Source: Dicyema japonicum
Lineage: Eukaryota > Animalia > Dicyemida
Assembly (NCBI GenBank): GCA_011109175.1
Contig: RDEW01000085.1
Coordinates: 45,975 to 109,974 of the forward strand
Direction: 5' to 3'
Length of the DNA: 64,000 bases
Shown here: piece by piece, positions 1 to 11,577 of the stretch
Layout: each line of letters begins with the position of its first letter
How positions within the stretch are numbered: position 1 is the stretch's first letter
Made by a program: the position numbers and the translations under genes
Notes under the pieces: model-generated
The model's database searches: none
Told to the model about the DNA's origin: nothing
What the model saw: only the letters and a program-made list of their open reading frames with translations

Positions 1-200
1 GAACTACAGCCAAGAACAGTGATCCAGGGGGCGTTGTCCGAGGAGCTGAGGTCGATTTCAGATCTCGTCGCCAGAGAAGGAAATTTTCTCTCATGGAAAT
101 AATAAATTGATCTTTTTGAATGCCGGCCAGGAATTGAGCGTCTCCTTAATAAGGTGGAATCAATGACGCCATCAGAGGATAGAAGGGAAAATTTTAACTG
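1..200 (-). mobile_element. Probable LINE 3' remnant (family shared with 17400, 49870, 58080)
   Basis: Weak similarity: AATCAATGACGCCA here vs GATCACATGACGCCA at ~50083. Confidence 0.3.
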
Positions 201-1499
201 AATAGTCATATAGCGCCACATGGCGCTACGCTACTTGCAATTTAAAATTTTTATTTCTATATGATGATATATTATTGAAATTATTCAATCCTGGGAAAAG
301 CCTTATTAAATTCAAGAATTTCGGGAAGAATAATAAACTAATAATTAAGTTATCCAATTTCTCATGCTTTGCTGAGAAAAGCGGCGAGAATTTCAATTTT
401 CAATACTGCAGACTTTTTTGGCTCATGGCACAGATTAAACTAGATGAATTTCATTTTTTGTAAGTGCCAAAATTATAACCATTGATCCACGTTAACGATT
501 TAAGGAGGACTAGAAGGCTGTATACTCCTGTAGTTTGTTATAGAGGATGTAGGGTCCTCTGGTAGATCCATTTAATATCCTGTTCTTCGAAAGACAGATT
601 TTTATTTCTGAGATAAATAAGAATCTATTATGGCTGAAATAAGAGCATTTAGATAAAATATACGTCCGTGGTTTTTTTGGTTTTGGTCAACCTGACCTTA
701 TTGTAAAATTAGGTTTTCTTAGAATCACCTTTACATTTCTTCCTAATAGCTGTTGATTTCAAGTTTGACTAATGACTGTCTTAATAAAGACCTCCTCCAT
801 CTACTAAAGGCCTCTAGTCACTTAATGACGCCTAAGACGAAACCTACATGCGTTACTTGGAGATCTTGTCTAAAAACAGTCAATATCATTTATTCAAGTC
901 TAATTAGCCGAGCTGAGGAGAGACTATAAAGGTAAACTAACTAGACTCTCATGATTCTGGGGGAATAAGTTTATAATAGATTGTACATGCAAAAATAATT
1001 TCGAAAGAACAAAGATTGCCAAATTCTTGACTTTGTTGAAGAAATAACTACAACTCCTTATTTATCTTATCTAGGAGATGCTATAAATGCAAAGTTCATC
1101 CAAAAGTAAGATTGAAACTTATTAAGTCTATTTAAGCGCATTGGCAATCGCTTCTTCAATAGTACAATTTCCTCATGGATGGATATATTTTTATTAGTCC
1201 TTTCTAGTCTATAAATGCAAAGTTCATCCAAAAGTAAGATTGAAACTTATTAAGTCTATTTAAGCGCATTGGCAATCGCTTCTTCAATAGATACAATTTC
1301 CTCATGGATGGATATATTTTTATTAGTCCTTTCTAGTCAAGTCGTCTACACCCATCTTCACTATAGACTAGAATTTCCCAAAGTGGCAATATCGCCCTCT
1401 TGCGTNTTTACATAATTTAATAATTATACACCCAATTGATTGAGGATCAAAGAAGTAGGATGACGCGACTGAGGCTGGGATCGTCAATTGATTTTTTCA

Positions 1500-2211
1500 A
1501 TGATGGTGTTGTTGGTGTTTTTGCATTAATCGCTATACTCACCACCAAATCAAGTAAACCGCACACAATTGGGGAAGAACTTATAATACCATCAATTCGA
1601 CAAGTGTTTACAACAGAAATACACCAACCTCATCAGAATATTAGTTAGTTACCATTTACCTTACTAAGGTCAGCTGCCATCAAACGTCCAGCTGAGATTG
1701 CAGGGAGCTTCCATAAGTCAAATTTTAATGTTGGTCACCTCCTCTTGGGGAAATTTGGATGCTATTTTTTTCATAGAAACCTAAAGACTATCTTCACCCC
1801 TCTCCGAAGGGATTTCTTTTCAGAAAATCCCTCTAGCTGTCATCGAACTAGCGAAAACTAGATGAGTAAATACTTCATGGATATTAATCGTTATTACTTC
1901 CTTATTTAAGCTTTGCATAAAATGGGGAGATGCAGGAATTGCTTTAAGCCCAAAACTTGGAAACTGCTTTATTTATTACCCTTTCAAGAAAAAGAATCCA
2001 GTGGCTAGAAAAAGAATTAGAATAGAAGAACGTCCCAGAGATCTGGAAACTGATATCAATGTTTGACATGAATCGATTTCTTTGTCTTAAAGATGTCTCA
2101 TGTTTTGATAGTTAGTGATGAGAGTCAATTTGAGTCTATCAGAGGATTTTACCATAATTTATTTTTTTAATTTTTATAACGGGGATTAATGAAAAACTTT
2201 GAGAACCCCTG
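1500..2211 (+). mobile_element. Internally deleted hAT (Charlie/Buster; SCAND3/ZBED5-like) transposon remnant
   Basis: ORF peptide KSSKPHTIGEELIIPSIRQVF matches the Charlie transposase motif KPHTIGEELILP; right terminus TTTGAGAACCCCTG ends at 2211, followed by ATCTAGAG (NTCTAGAN-type target). Confidence 0.65.
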
Positions 2212-2782
2212 ATCTAGAGCAAATGGTTTCTACTATTACCAGGATCGAGAGTGCTCACAAAACAGTGATTCAAATAGCAATTTATCAACATAAAATTTGA
2301 TGGTTGTTATGTATGCTTTTTGTTGAGAAGTCTCTAATTACTTTGCTTTATTTTTTTGAAAATGTTTAATGACATAGAAAATGTTTCATTTTGCGTAATT
2401 GCACCTAGCAACTTCAAAATGACTATTCCTTTTATTTTTTGCTCTAGATAAATTCTTAGTCTCAATCCGAGAGTGATGTATTCCAAAGACATCTAAACCT
2501 TCTCACAGGCATTCAACAAAACGATTAGTAAAAAATATTGAAAATTAATAGAATAATTAACCTCATGACATTTTTCGGTCGAATTACTAATATACGCGTG
2601 ATTAAACACAACAATTTGACATATATGATTCTCAAAGGCATTCAACAAAACGATTAGTAAAAAATATTGAAAATTAACAGAATAATTAACCTCATGACAT
2701 TTTTCGGTCGAATTACTAATATACGCGTGATTAAACACAACAATTTGACATATATGATCGATAGTTCGCAATTAATTCCAAA

Positions 2783-5700
2783 ATGAGTGCAATATCACAA
2801 TTTTCGAAAATCTGTAAGGGAGAGATCAACAACAAATCAGATTATTCCATAAATGAAGTATTTATCGGCCCAAAATTTATTCATTCTAACAAACCTAACA
2901 CAAAATTTGAAAAAAATTTTCATCTTCCAAAGACATTCACCACACGCAGAGGACAGATTGCTTTGATTTCCAGGAAAGATTTGATCATTGCAGATTCAAA
3001 CTCAATCAATATTGATGATATAAAATCTGCCTACAAATATTACATAGGACAAATTGCTTTGATTTCCAGGAAAGATTTGATCATTGCAGATTCAAACTCA
3101 ATCAATATTGATGATATAAAATCTGTTTACAAATATTACATATACAAAGTACATATTTGTAATATGTCAACTAAGATAAAAAAGAAAAACATGAATGACG
3201 TAATTTCGCGACTAATAGCGAGTCATGTTGAGAGAATAAAAAATTCAAGTTGGCTCGATCAGTTTCATAATGTCTCCACAATGATTTACTATTTGAAATT
3301 ATCGTTAAAGTCAAAAAAAGAATTCAAAGTAGTCAAAAAAATAAGTGGTTCCATTTATTTAACCCGCAGTTCGATCTCTCCCTAAAAGTTCATTTTTTCG
3401 CAAAATAAGTAACTTTTTCAGTTTTAAAGTAACCATTTTAAATATTTAAGAAATCTTCAATCGACGAAACAATAGATTTTTTCAACAAGCTAGCAAAAAA
3501 CCAACAAATTTCAAAAAATATGAAACCCAATCGTGTAAATAAAATTTTAAAAAATGCTAATTATAGAAAAGCTGACGAAACGGGTTTTTTGAGTAAGTAA
3601 TAAATAGGAAAAAACTTTAGTGAGAGAAAATACCTTCCTAGGTTGGCTCGTAAAGGTATAATAACGTGATAAATAAGCAATTCTTCAATCCAACGTAATC
3701 ACTGCACGTGACATCCTAGGTACTGAGATTCGATTATTTAGAATATTGCGAAAGTCAGAAAAAAAGTAAAAAAACAGAATTAGTCCTTAATTTAATGATA
3801 AATAGTTGGAAGGGGGAAGTTTAGAGGATGAAGGGGAAACTGAAAAGTCCGAACATGAAATTAGTGATTCAGACATTTATACGATCTACCAAAATACGGG
3901 AGACATTCTGAAAGTAAAGACTGTCAATGTTATTAGATTTACAAAGAAGGAGATTACAGATTGGAAGAAAAAAACAGAGACGACTCTATAAATGAGATTC
4001 CAGAAAGTTCAGGTTGATTTTGTGAGAATACAAAACAGCAAAAGAAGAGAAATCAAGAAAATCTACTTTTGATTTTTTAACAGGAGGAATCGACTTCGAC
4101 AAAAATAGGATTCGAATTTAATCACGAAGACATTATGAACGACATATTAACTTTTACTCAAAAATCAAAAATTAGTATAAACTGGGATGAAGAAGGAATT
4201 GAAATTCAACAGCAATCAAAGTTGCCCCATTTGGGGAGAAGGGATTCAGTTATAATTAGAAAATCAGACACTAATACAAACGTAAGAAAAAAAACGATAG
4301 ATTCGAAAGTTTCTCAGAAATTAAAAACTTTGAGTTTCGATAACGCAATAAGAAAAAATCAGATTGAAGAGGAGACAGATAATCTCGGAAAAGAAACAGG
4401 TAATCTTGCTCAAAAAATGAAATTCAAATCTTCAGATATAATCGCCGGGCTAAGAGAAAAAGGACTTGGAAACGCTAAAGATGAAAAAACAAAAAAAATA
4501 AAGAAACAAACAATCATTCATGAAAAATCGAAAATATCAAATGGAATCACTAATAATACGATTATAAAAACAAAAAACGGTATTTAATGTCGTAAATGGC
4601 AGAAAAACTTGCGAAGGTGGTTAAAATATCCACAAATGAAAAGCTGAAGATTGTGGACACTTATGAAAACTTGGAAATAGTTATTCCAAATTTTTCCATT
4701 ATGGATGACATTATATCTCCTTTGCCGGAAAATATTCCCTTAGAAAAAAACCCATCTCCTATGCCAGAAAACATTCCTTTAGAAAAAAACCCATCTCCTA
4801 TGCCAGAAAACATTCCTTTAGAAAAAACCAGCCCAATAGTTTCCGATAACGAAAAAATAATAACAAAAATTAAAAGTTCTTCTATTTTTGTGAAATATTG
4901 ATCAATATATTTTCAGGTTTTGAAATCGCCTTCGAGTACAATTCTACAAGAAAATGATCTCAGGAATGAGCTTTACAGCGGAGATTATCAGTTTAAGAAA
5001 TTTTACCCCATCGAAACTATATTTTTGTGAAATATTGATCAATATATTTTCAGGTTTTGAAATCGCCTTCGAGTACAATTCTACAAGAAAATGATCTCAG
5101 GAATGAGCTTTACAGCGGAGATTATCAGTTTAAGAAATTTTACCCCATCGAAACTATATTAGAAAGTAATGATGAGGTCAATCGTATAATTAAATTATCA
5201 AGGACGTTAAAAAGAAGAAGGATACGCTTAATTTAAATATGAGTGTACACGATTTGAAGAGAAGAAAGTTGATTGAACAAAAGAAAGAGAATGCTAGACA
5301 ATTGATGTTAGAAAGAATGGAAAGAAATAGACTGAATAATCTAAGATCCCAAATTGATGATGAGATCGAGGAAGACGTTGAAGATATGATCAGAGATAAA
5401 GAAGAAAAAGAATTGTTTTGGAAACTTTTATGCATCATTTAGGGCTCAAAAAGAATCTGAAGAAAAGGAAGCTACTTATATAAAAATGGTGGATGAAGCC
5501 AATAAGTCCATTGAAACTATCAAAAAAATCGAAAAATTGGAAATACAGAAGAAAATGGAAGAATACAAAAAGAAGATGATGGACTCAGCCAAAAAAAATA
5601 TAGTGAGCCCAACAAAGCCTTCAGAATGTGATCTACAGGAGAAAGTTCCTGTTTTAGAGTATCAATTACAATATTGACTAAATCACTAGAGAGAAGCCTG

Positions 5701-5822
5701 AAATGGACATTTCCAAGCTTCCCCCTAAACCTCTTGAAGAATTTAACCTTCTTTACGAACAGGGAAGTTGTATCAGTCGTGCATTCGTCTATTCGTACTT
5801 TAAAATTTTTAACGTTAACGTT
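2783..5822 (+). CDS. Probable multi-exon gene for a charged, coiled-coil-rich protein of unknown function
   Basis: Run of same-strand ORFs (2783, 3806, 4135, 4596, 5239, 5486) separated by short AT-rich GT..AG spacers; K/E/R-rich C-terminal part; 39-bp coding repeat x3; exact exon structure not resolved. Confidence 0.4.
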
Positions 5823-6609
5823 TGAGGGTTTTTAGCAACAAATTTTGATTCAATTTTGTTAAATGATTACAAATACAAATATTAAAGCCGTTTCTATTAA
5901 CAACACTTTCTAAGGGCTTCGACATTAAGCACTCTTAATACAATAATTATTATTAAACCATGCTATGAGGATCGCAACTCGCCCTTACGAATGGCTAGGA
6001 AATCCACTAGAAAACTTATCCAATCATTCATATGGTGTAGATTATCGGGGAGAATAACTAACCTGATTAGAAAAGGGTCATGAAAAACCCAGAGGTCCCG
6101 ACACCAAAGTTAACATGAAAGTTTATGTTGGTGAATACTGAGTAATTTTTTTTCTGAATTCTAAAATGAATAAAATTTTAAGGTGAGTTATTAACCGCAT
6201 GCTTGAGGTTTATTTTAATATTCAAATCGTCTTCGAAACGATCAGTAAAAGTACTATTGTTGATATGGGAATGGTTCGGAGACTCAGTAGAGAAGCGATG
6301 GATTCGACACACCTTGGAATTGTCATCACAAATAAGAGTTTCCACTGTCTCTTGGCAGTTGGAGCATTATTTACCTCCCCAATTCCTTCAAGTGAAAGAA
6401 ACTTGTAGTTAACAGAAAAGCAACAACCAGGGATTAATCTGATGTATAGAAATCGAAGAAGGATAAGGACAAAAGTAGGGTTCTTGTGGAAGTTTTGAAG
6501 GAAGGGGTGACAAAACTGAACCTATTCAGATAGTCTTGTAAAATTGTAGCAAAAATTCGCTTTCAGCAATGTTCCGTGACAGATGCTTTAGAACAATATA
6601 TCTCCCTTT

Positions 6610-6690
6610 TTTCGTATCGCCCCTATGAAAAAATTTTCGCCCCTGTCAATAATTTATCGCCCCCATAATAACCATAGTAATGTTATAATT
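6610..6690 (+). repeat. Dispersed ~80 bp repeat with TCGCCCC submotifs (partner at 32085-32165, inverted)
   Basis: TATCGCCCCTATGAAAAAATTTTCGCCCCTGTCAATAATTTATCGCCCCCATAATAACCATAGTAAT aligns to the reverse complement of 32085-32165. Confidence 0.7.
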
Positions 6691-7271
6691 GATTAGCAAT
6701 TTTTATTGAAAGACACTTGACCTTGCTAAAGGTTGACCAGATACTCTGTATTTGGGATTCTTTTAGTAAGTCTCTTGCAGATACTCAAATTATTATGCTT
6801 TTTCCGCATCAAATGGTTATGTTATTTCAGTTCAATACAATTTTTATGGGAATATGGTCGCATTTCCTATTTCGTTTAATTTTATAAATTATTTGTATTA
6901 CAATATTTATAGTTTCAGAAGTTCGACCGATCAATTATCTTGACAAATTGCGCCTGCGATAAATTCAATGGATATCGCATTTTGTATTTTTGTTTTAAGA
7001 ATTCACATAAGCACAATATTTGCCGACAAGGCTATTGCAAAATCAAGTACAGAAAATATATTATTTTTTAGATATCATTTAAATTTTTTAAAAGTTAAAA
7101 ATCTTGTATCGATTTTTAATAATAATTTAAAAGTAACAATTAAGGACATATTGTAAATTCTTCCTGGCAATCTATCGTTACTGATTGGAATAATTTTTGT
7201 AATTTGGAAGATTCCGTTTGAGGAATATGATTTTTAGACATCTCTGCATACGGAAGTATAACACTATAGAC

Positions 7272-7900
7272 CAGGAGTGTCGACAAGCATTGTTGCAGCC
7301 CGATTTAATTGCTATAAAACACAAAAAAATTGTTTTGTTATTTTTTAATTGTATTTGTAAATCTAGTTTGTCAATGCCACATGTTTTTTCTGGAATTGAG
7401 AGACGGTGTTTGAACGATGAACAAAGAGTGTTTCAAGATAAATGGAAACTTGTCTATTTTTGTACAACGGTTGATTAAAAAAATACATTGTTTGATGTGT
7501 AACCAGATTATCGCTATACCGAACGAATAAAGCCTAAAAAGGCATTATTAATCTAATCATCTATCAATAATTATTTAAAAGGTATCAAGTTGCTTAGTAA
7601 TCAAGAAGGTTCAATGCGTGTTTCAAAGCTAAACGAATTGCGAAAAAATTAAACTGCNAAAATACATTGTTTGATGTGTAACCAGATTATCGCTATACTG
7701 AACGAATAAAGCCTAAAAAGGCATTATTAATCTAATCATCTATCAATAATTATTTAGAAGGTATCAAGTTGCTTAGTAATCAAGAAGGTTCAATGCGTGT
7801 TTCAAAGCTAAACGAATTGCGAAAAAATTTAACTGCGTTACATACTCATTTCAAAAAGTCATAATCGAAGTACTGCATCAGTTACTGTAAGCTGTGAAAT
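7272..7900 (+). mobile_element. hAT transposon 5' remnant (GTF2IRD2/EPM2AIP1-like), sister of the 36706-38622 element
   Basis: Peptide QRVFQDKWKLVYFCTT...CLMCNQIIAIPNE.SLKRHY.SNH; degenerate TIR CAGGAGTGTC at 7272 after CTATAGAC; DNA similar to the reverse strand of 38320-38622. Confidence 0.75.
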
Positions 7901-9700
7901 CAGCAGAATACTTTATAGTCTACCTTCATCCTTACTTTTCGAGGACTACCTAATCATTTCATTTTCCAGAGTGCAATAAAGAGATTTCTTAGACCTCGTT
8001 GTTTTATCTAGCAATCGAGAGAATCACCAAACTTCCGAGCTCGTCCCAAAACCTATGATGTCTGGATGATTCGGCTTTTCGAGGACTACCTAATCATTTC
8101 ATCTTCCAGAGTGCAATAAAGAGATTTCTTAGACCTCGTTGTTTTATCTAGCAATCGAGAGAATCACCAAACTTCCGAGTTCGTTTCAAAACCTATGATG
8201 TCTAGATGATTCGGTTTTCGAAGGAACCCCAGATATTGTCTTCCAAAATTTGGAGGCGATAATTCCAGCCCTGTCAGATGCTTGACTGGAATTATTTGAG
8301 TAAATGAGAAATCTACAATTTTGGTTTCCAAAATTCAAAAGCTGTATTATTTTTTGCAAAATTACTACCTGGAAGTATTTCCACGCCCGATGAAGATCTC
8401 ATATTCCTCGGATCCTTAATCAACTGCGTGCAATGGGGAGAGGTATACATTTACTCGGTGAAACTCTTGATCGCTTGTGTCTAATTGACGTGCATACATC
8501 ATTATTCCTCCTAAAGAACAACCTCAACGTAAATAGGCTAGCATATGTCCTGAGAACTTCTCCCTATTTCACACAATGCGACCAACTCACAAACATTGAC
8601 AGGATCTTCTGTTCGACCGCGGATCATATCTTTAACCTTCACTTTGAGGAATACTCATGGAAATAGGTCAGACTCGGAGGGCTTGGAATTCGCAGCTCTG
8701 TAGATATTTCTCTTCTTGCATATATCTCATCACTAATAACCTGTAATACCCTTGTCAAGAGGATTCTACATTCCCTCCCTGAATTTCTACTGACTAGGAC
8801 GTCGGTCATGTTCGTGAGCCCTACCTATCAGTTTTCCCAATTTTCCATGATCTCTCAACGAGGTCTGGACGATTCCATATGCCGGATGTCATTTGAAGAT
8901 CTGCTGGTTTTATCTAACCAACATCACTGTGGTTGTTTGTTTCGGGGGCGTTTTTCGAGAGCGATCCATGGCTCAACTCCATTCCTAATTGAGTTTTGGG
9001 TATTTTTCTGGATGATGAATGAGCCCGTATTATGATCTCATTACGACTTGGTTTAAAAGTTTGTGTGCCACATTCATGTCGATATGGAGACCAGATTGAC
9101 TGCTTTTGCCCTGCACTCTTTATGCAGGAAAAGTGCAGGCAGATCTACCAAACAAATGGCCTTGAAAGAAGTCATTAGGCGAGCTTTGGTCGACGCAGGA
9201 CACCCCTATATGCTCTAATCAGTCGGATTTTGCAGGCATGACGGGAAATGACTAATTTGGAAGACAATCTTCCAAGTTAAAGTCGGAAAACCTCTTGTCT
9301 TGGACCTTACTTGNCCCTGCACTCTTTATGCAGGAAGACTCCAGGCAGATCTACCAAACAAATGGTTTTGAAAAAAGTCATTAGGCGAGCTTTGGTCGAC
9401 GCAGGACACCCCTCTATGCTCTAACCAGTCGGATTTTGCAGGCATGACGGGAAATAACTAATTTGGAAGACAATCTTCCAAGTTAAAGTCGGAAAACCTC
9501 TTGTCTTGGACCTTACTTGCACCGACATATTCGCCCCTTGCAATCTACTCCAGAGTACCTTTAGAGCTTGTTCTATCGCTGAGAAGTCCGAGAGGTCAAC
9601 ATGGGAAAAATACGTGGTCCTAGAAGAGTATTTTTTGTTTGTTCACTCGCCGTTGAGATGTCTGGTTCCCTTGAGCCTGCGATTATTCTGCAGTAAATGA
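7900..9700 (+). mobile_element. Degenerate CRE-clade non-LTR retrotransposon (RT to RLE)
   Basis: Broken frames match the 11578-14233 element: CLDDSVFEGTPD (YLDD region), LDRLCLIDVHTSLFLLKN..RLAYVLRTSPY, VRLGGLGI, RALVDAGHP..RHDGK. Confidence 0.75.
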
Positions 9701-9743
9701 ATTTCTAAATCCAATCAAAAGAAAATCTAATTGTATGGCAAAC

Positions 9744-9945
9744 GGGCGGATAAATCAGTATAATAAGTTTCGGGCCAAAAATTTGGAGGCTCCGGGTTCG
9801 AATCTCGCTGTGTCTATTCGGTAGACGGTTACACGCATCTACGATGCTTTGGGTTGACGAGGTACACTGTCATCAGTGTTTCATCATTGAGGAACCGGAT
9901 TGTCTTATGGGACTCACACACAAGCAAAAAGAACGAGAAGTCAAT
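9744..9945 (+). mobile_element. tRNA-derived SINE-like element, copy 1
   Basis: B-box GGGTTCGAATC in a tRNA-like head, followed by a body (CACGCATCTACGATGCTT...CTGTCATCAGTG...TTGTCT..GGGACTCA) shared with the reverse strand of 15440-15644. Confidence 0.65.
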
Positions 9946-10374
9946 AACATTTTCAATGTCTTGGATATGCCAAAAGTTAAATTCCTGGAACTTTGAAACG
10001 AATCAGGATCAAGGAGTTAGTTAGTTTGGTTACCCTTGGTCTTTGGAATAATTTTAATTTAATCTACTGTGGTACCGCGTTCATTGAAAAAATTAAGTCT
10101 GTTGTTATAAAATATCCTCATGAATTTTCTACAAGCACAATTAAATCTTATCTGTAATTTACACTTGTAACTGCAAAAACAATTTTTTACTGAATCACAT
10201 AGTAAGTTATTAAACATTTTTTAACCTTAAAATTTGAAAAAAAATTAACCTTAAAATGTTAACTTTATTAACTTATAAATCAAACTTTTTAACCTTAAAA
10301 TTAAAAAATTTAACTTTATTTATTCTCAATTTAAATTTGTAAAATATAGATACGAAACAATAAAAAACAAAACC

Positions 10375-10640
10375 TCTGATGAAGATTGCATTATGAAAAC
10401 TATTCCGCTAAAGAATGAAGTGATGTCTGCGACGGTAGGACGTGCGACAAAAATGGAAGAGGGCGGAACTACTTCTCCACCTCTCTTAGGAAGCGGAAGC
10501 CTGTAATGAAGTATTGGAAGATGGATTTGGTCGGCACAAGAAGATTTTCTCCCTTTGGTTCCTTCCTTGGATTAATTAGATGTGACTGTTTGTGCTGGGT
10601 TTACAATGGTAAGCCTGGGGTTGATAACAATAAAAGACAA
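10375..10640 (+). repeat. Dispersed ~270 bp repeat, probable LINE 3' end (partner 41380-41640, minus)
   Basis: Clear alignment (GATGTCTGCGACGGTAGGACGTG, ATTGGAAGATGGATTTGGTC, TCCCTTTGGTTCCTTC); ends in CCTGGGGTT plus an AAT-rich tail. Confidence 0.75.
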
Positions 10641-10659
10641 ATGTTGTTTTAAAGACTAT

Positions 10660-11432
10660 TTATTGAGAATGGACATTACGTAATTTTTTAGATTTTGTGT
10701 AGAAAAGTTTTTGTTTGTCTTTAAAAAACTCTTGAATTGCGTAAAACATTTTTCGACAGGTGCCAAGGATGGCTGACAATTTAGAAAACGAATAATCTTA
10801 ATGCAGATGAATGCATTCATCTGCATGTAGATTGTATGGCATAAAGAAATCTTATCGTCTAAAAACAAACTCAGTTCGATAATGTGTTATGACGCAGAGG
10901 GTAGAAATCAGAGTTGACACTTCCATCATGACTGACACTGAAGTGCTGCGCAATAAACCAGACATTTTTGTGTATGAAAAAATGAAGAATGAGATTGTGA
11001 TTATACAAGTGGAATCACCTCACAAGAAGCACTCAAACATACAAAGGTGGAAGAGCTACACAAGTATGACTTGCTCGTTGGAGAATTGAGAATGCTATAC
11101 GATGCTCCTGTGAAAATTATTCCTTTGGTTATGACTGGGACGGGATTATCTCCACGTGATACAGAAATCATTTGAAAGCTTTGCCAATTGATGTGTCAAT
11201 AAGAACTTACATTCAATCTGTGATGTTGAAAAAAACATTAGAAAGTATGATTGTTGAGCACAAACATGGAGTAAAGACACCGACTGAGAAAATATTTTAC
11301 GCGCCGAGGAAAAGCGGGCAACTCGAAGCGGTGGATCCACAGTCCGAGGAGGAAGTGGAAGTCAGGTGGATGGCTGGTGAAGATCCTCGTAAAAGAAGGA
11401 GGATATGTTTGTTTAATCTAATATTGTATTGA
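10660..11432 (+). mobile_element. RLE-type non-LTR retrotransposon 3' remnant (R4/Dong-like)
   Basis: VEIRVDTSIMTDTEVLRNKPDIFVYEK...KYDLL..ELRMLY..VKIIPLVMTWDG restriction-like endonuclease motifs, frameshifted. Confidence 0.7.
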
Positions 11433-11577
11433 CACAGGTACCAATACTATACAACCATCTAATTTTCCCGTCCCATCTGCCTATTTATGGATCGATAAGG
11501 TTACTAAGGCTTTTTTCTAATACCATATTTTCTTTTATAAATTTTTTTTAATTAATATAAAATGAATAAAAATTAAA

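Noticed and set aside
6199-6412. Retroviral-type aspartic protease (IVDMG)
   Set aside because: The motif is not D(T/S)G and has no supporting context
9744-9820. tRNA gene at the GGTTCGAATC motif (also ~15575-15644)
   Set aside because: D and anticodon arms do not pair well, and both copies continue into a shared non-tRNA body, as in a SINE
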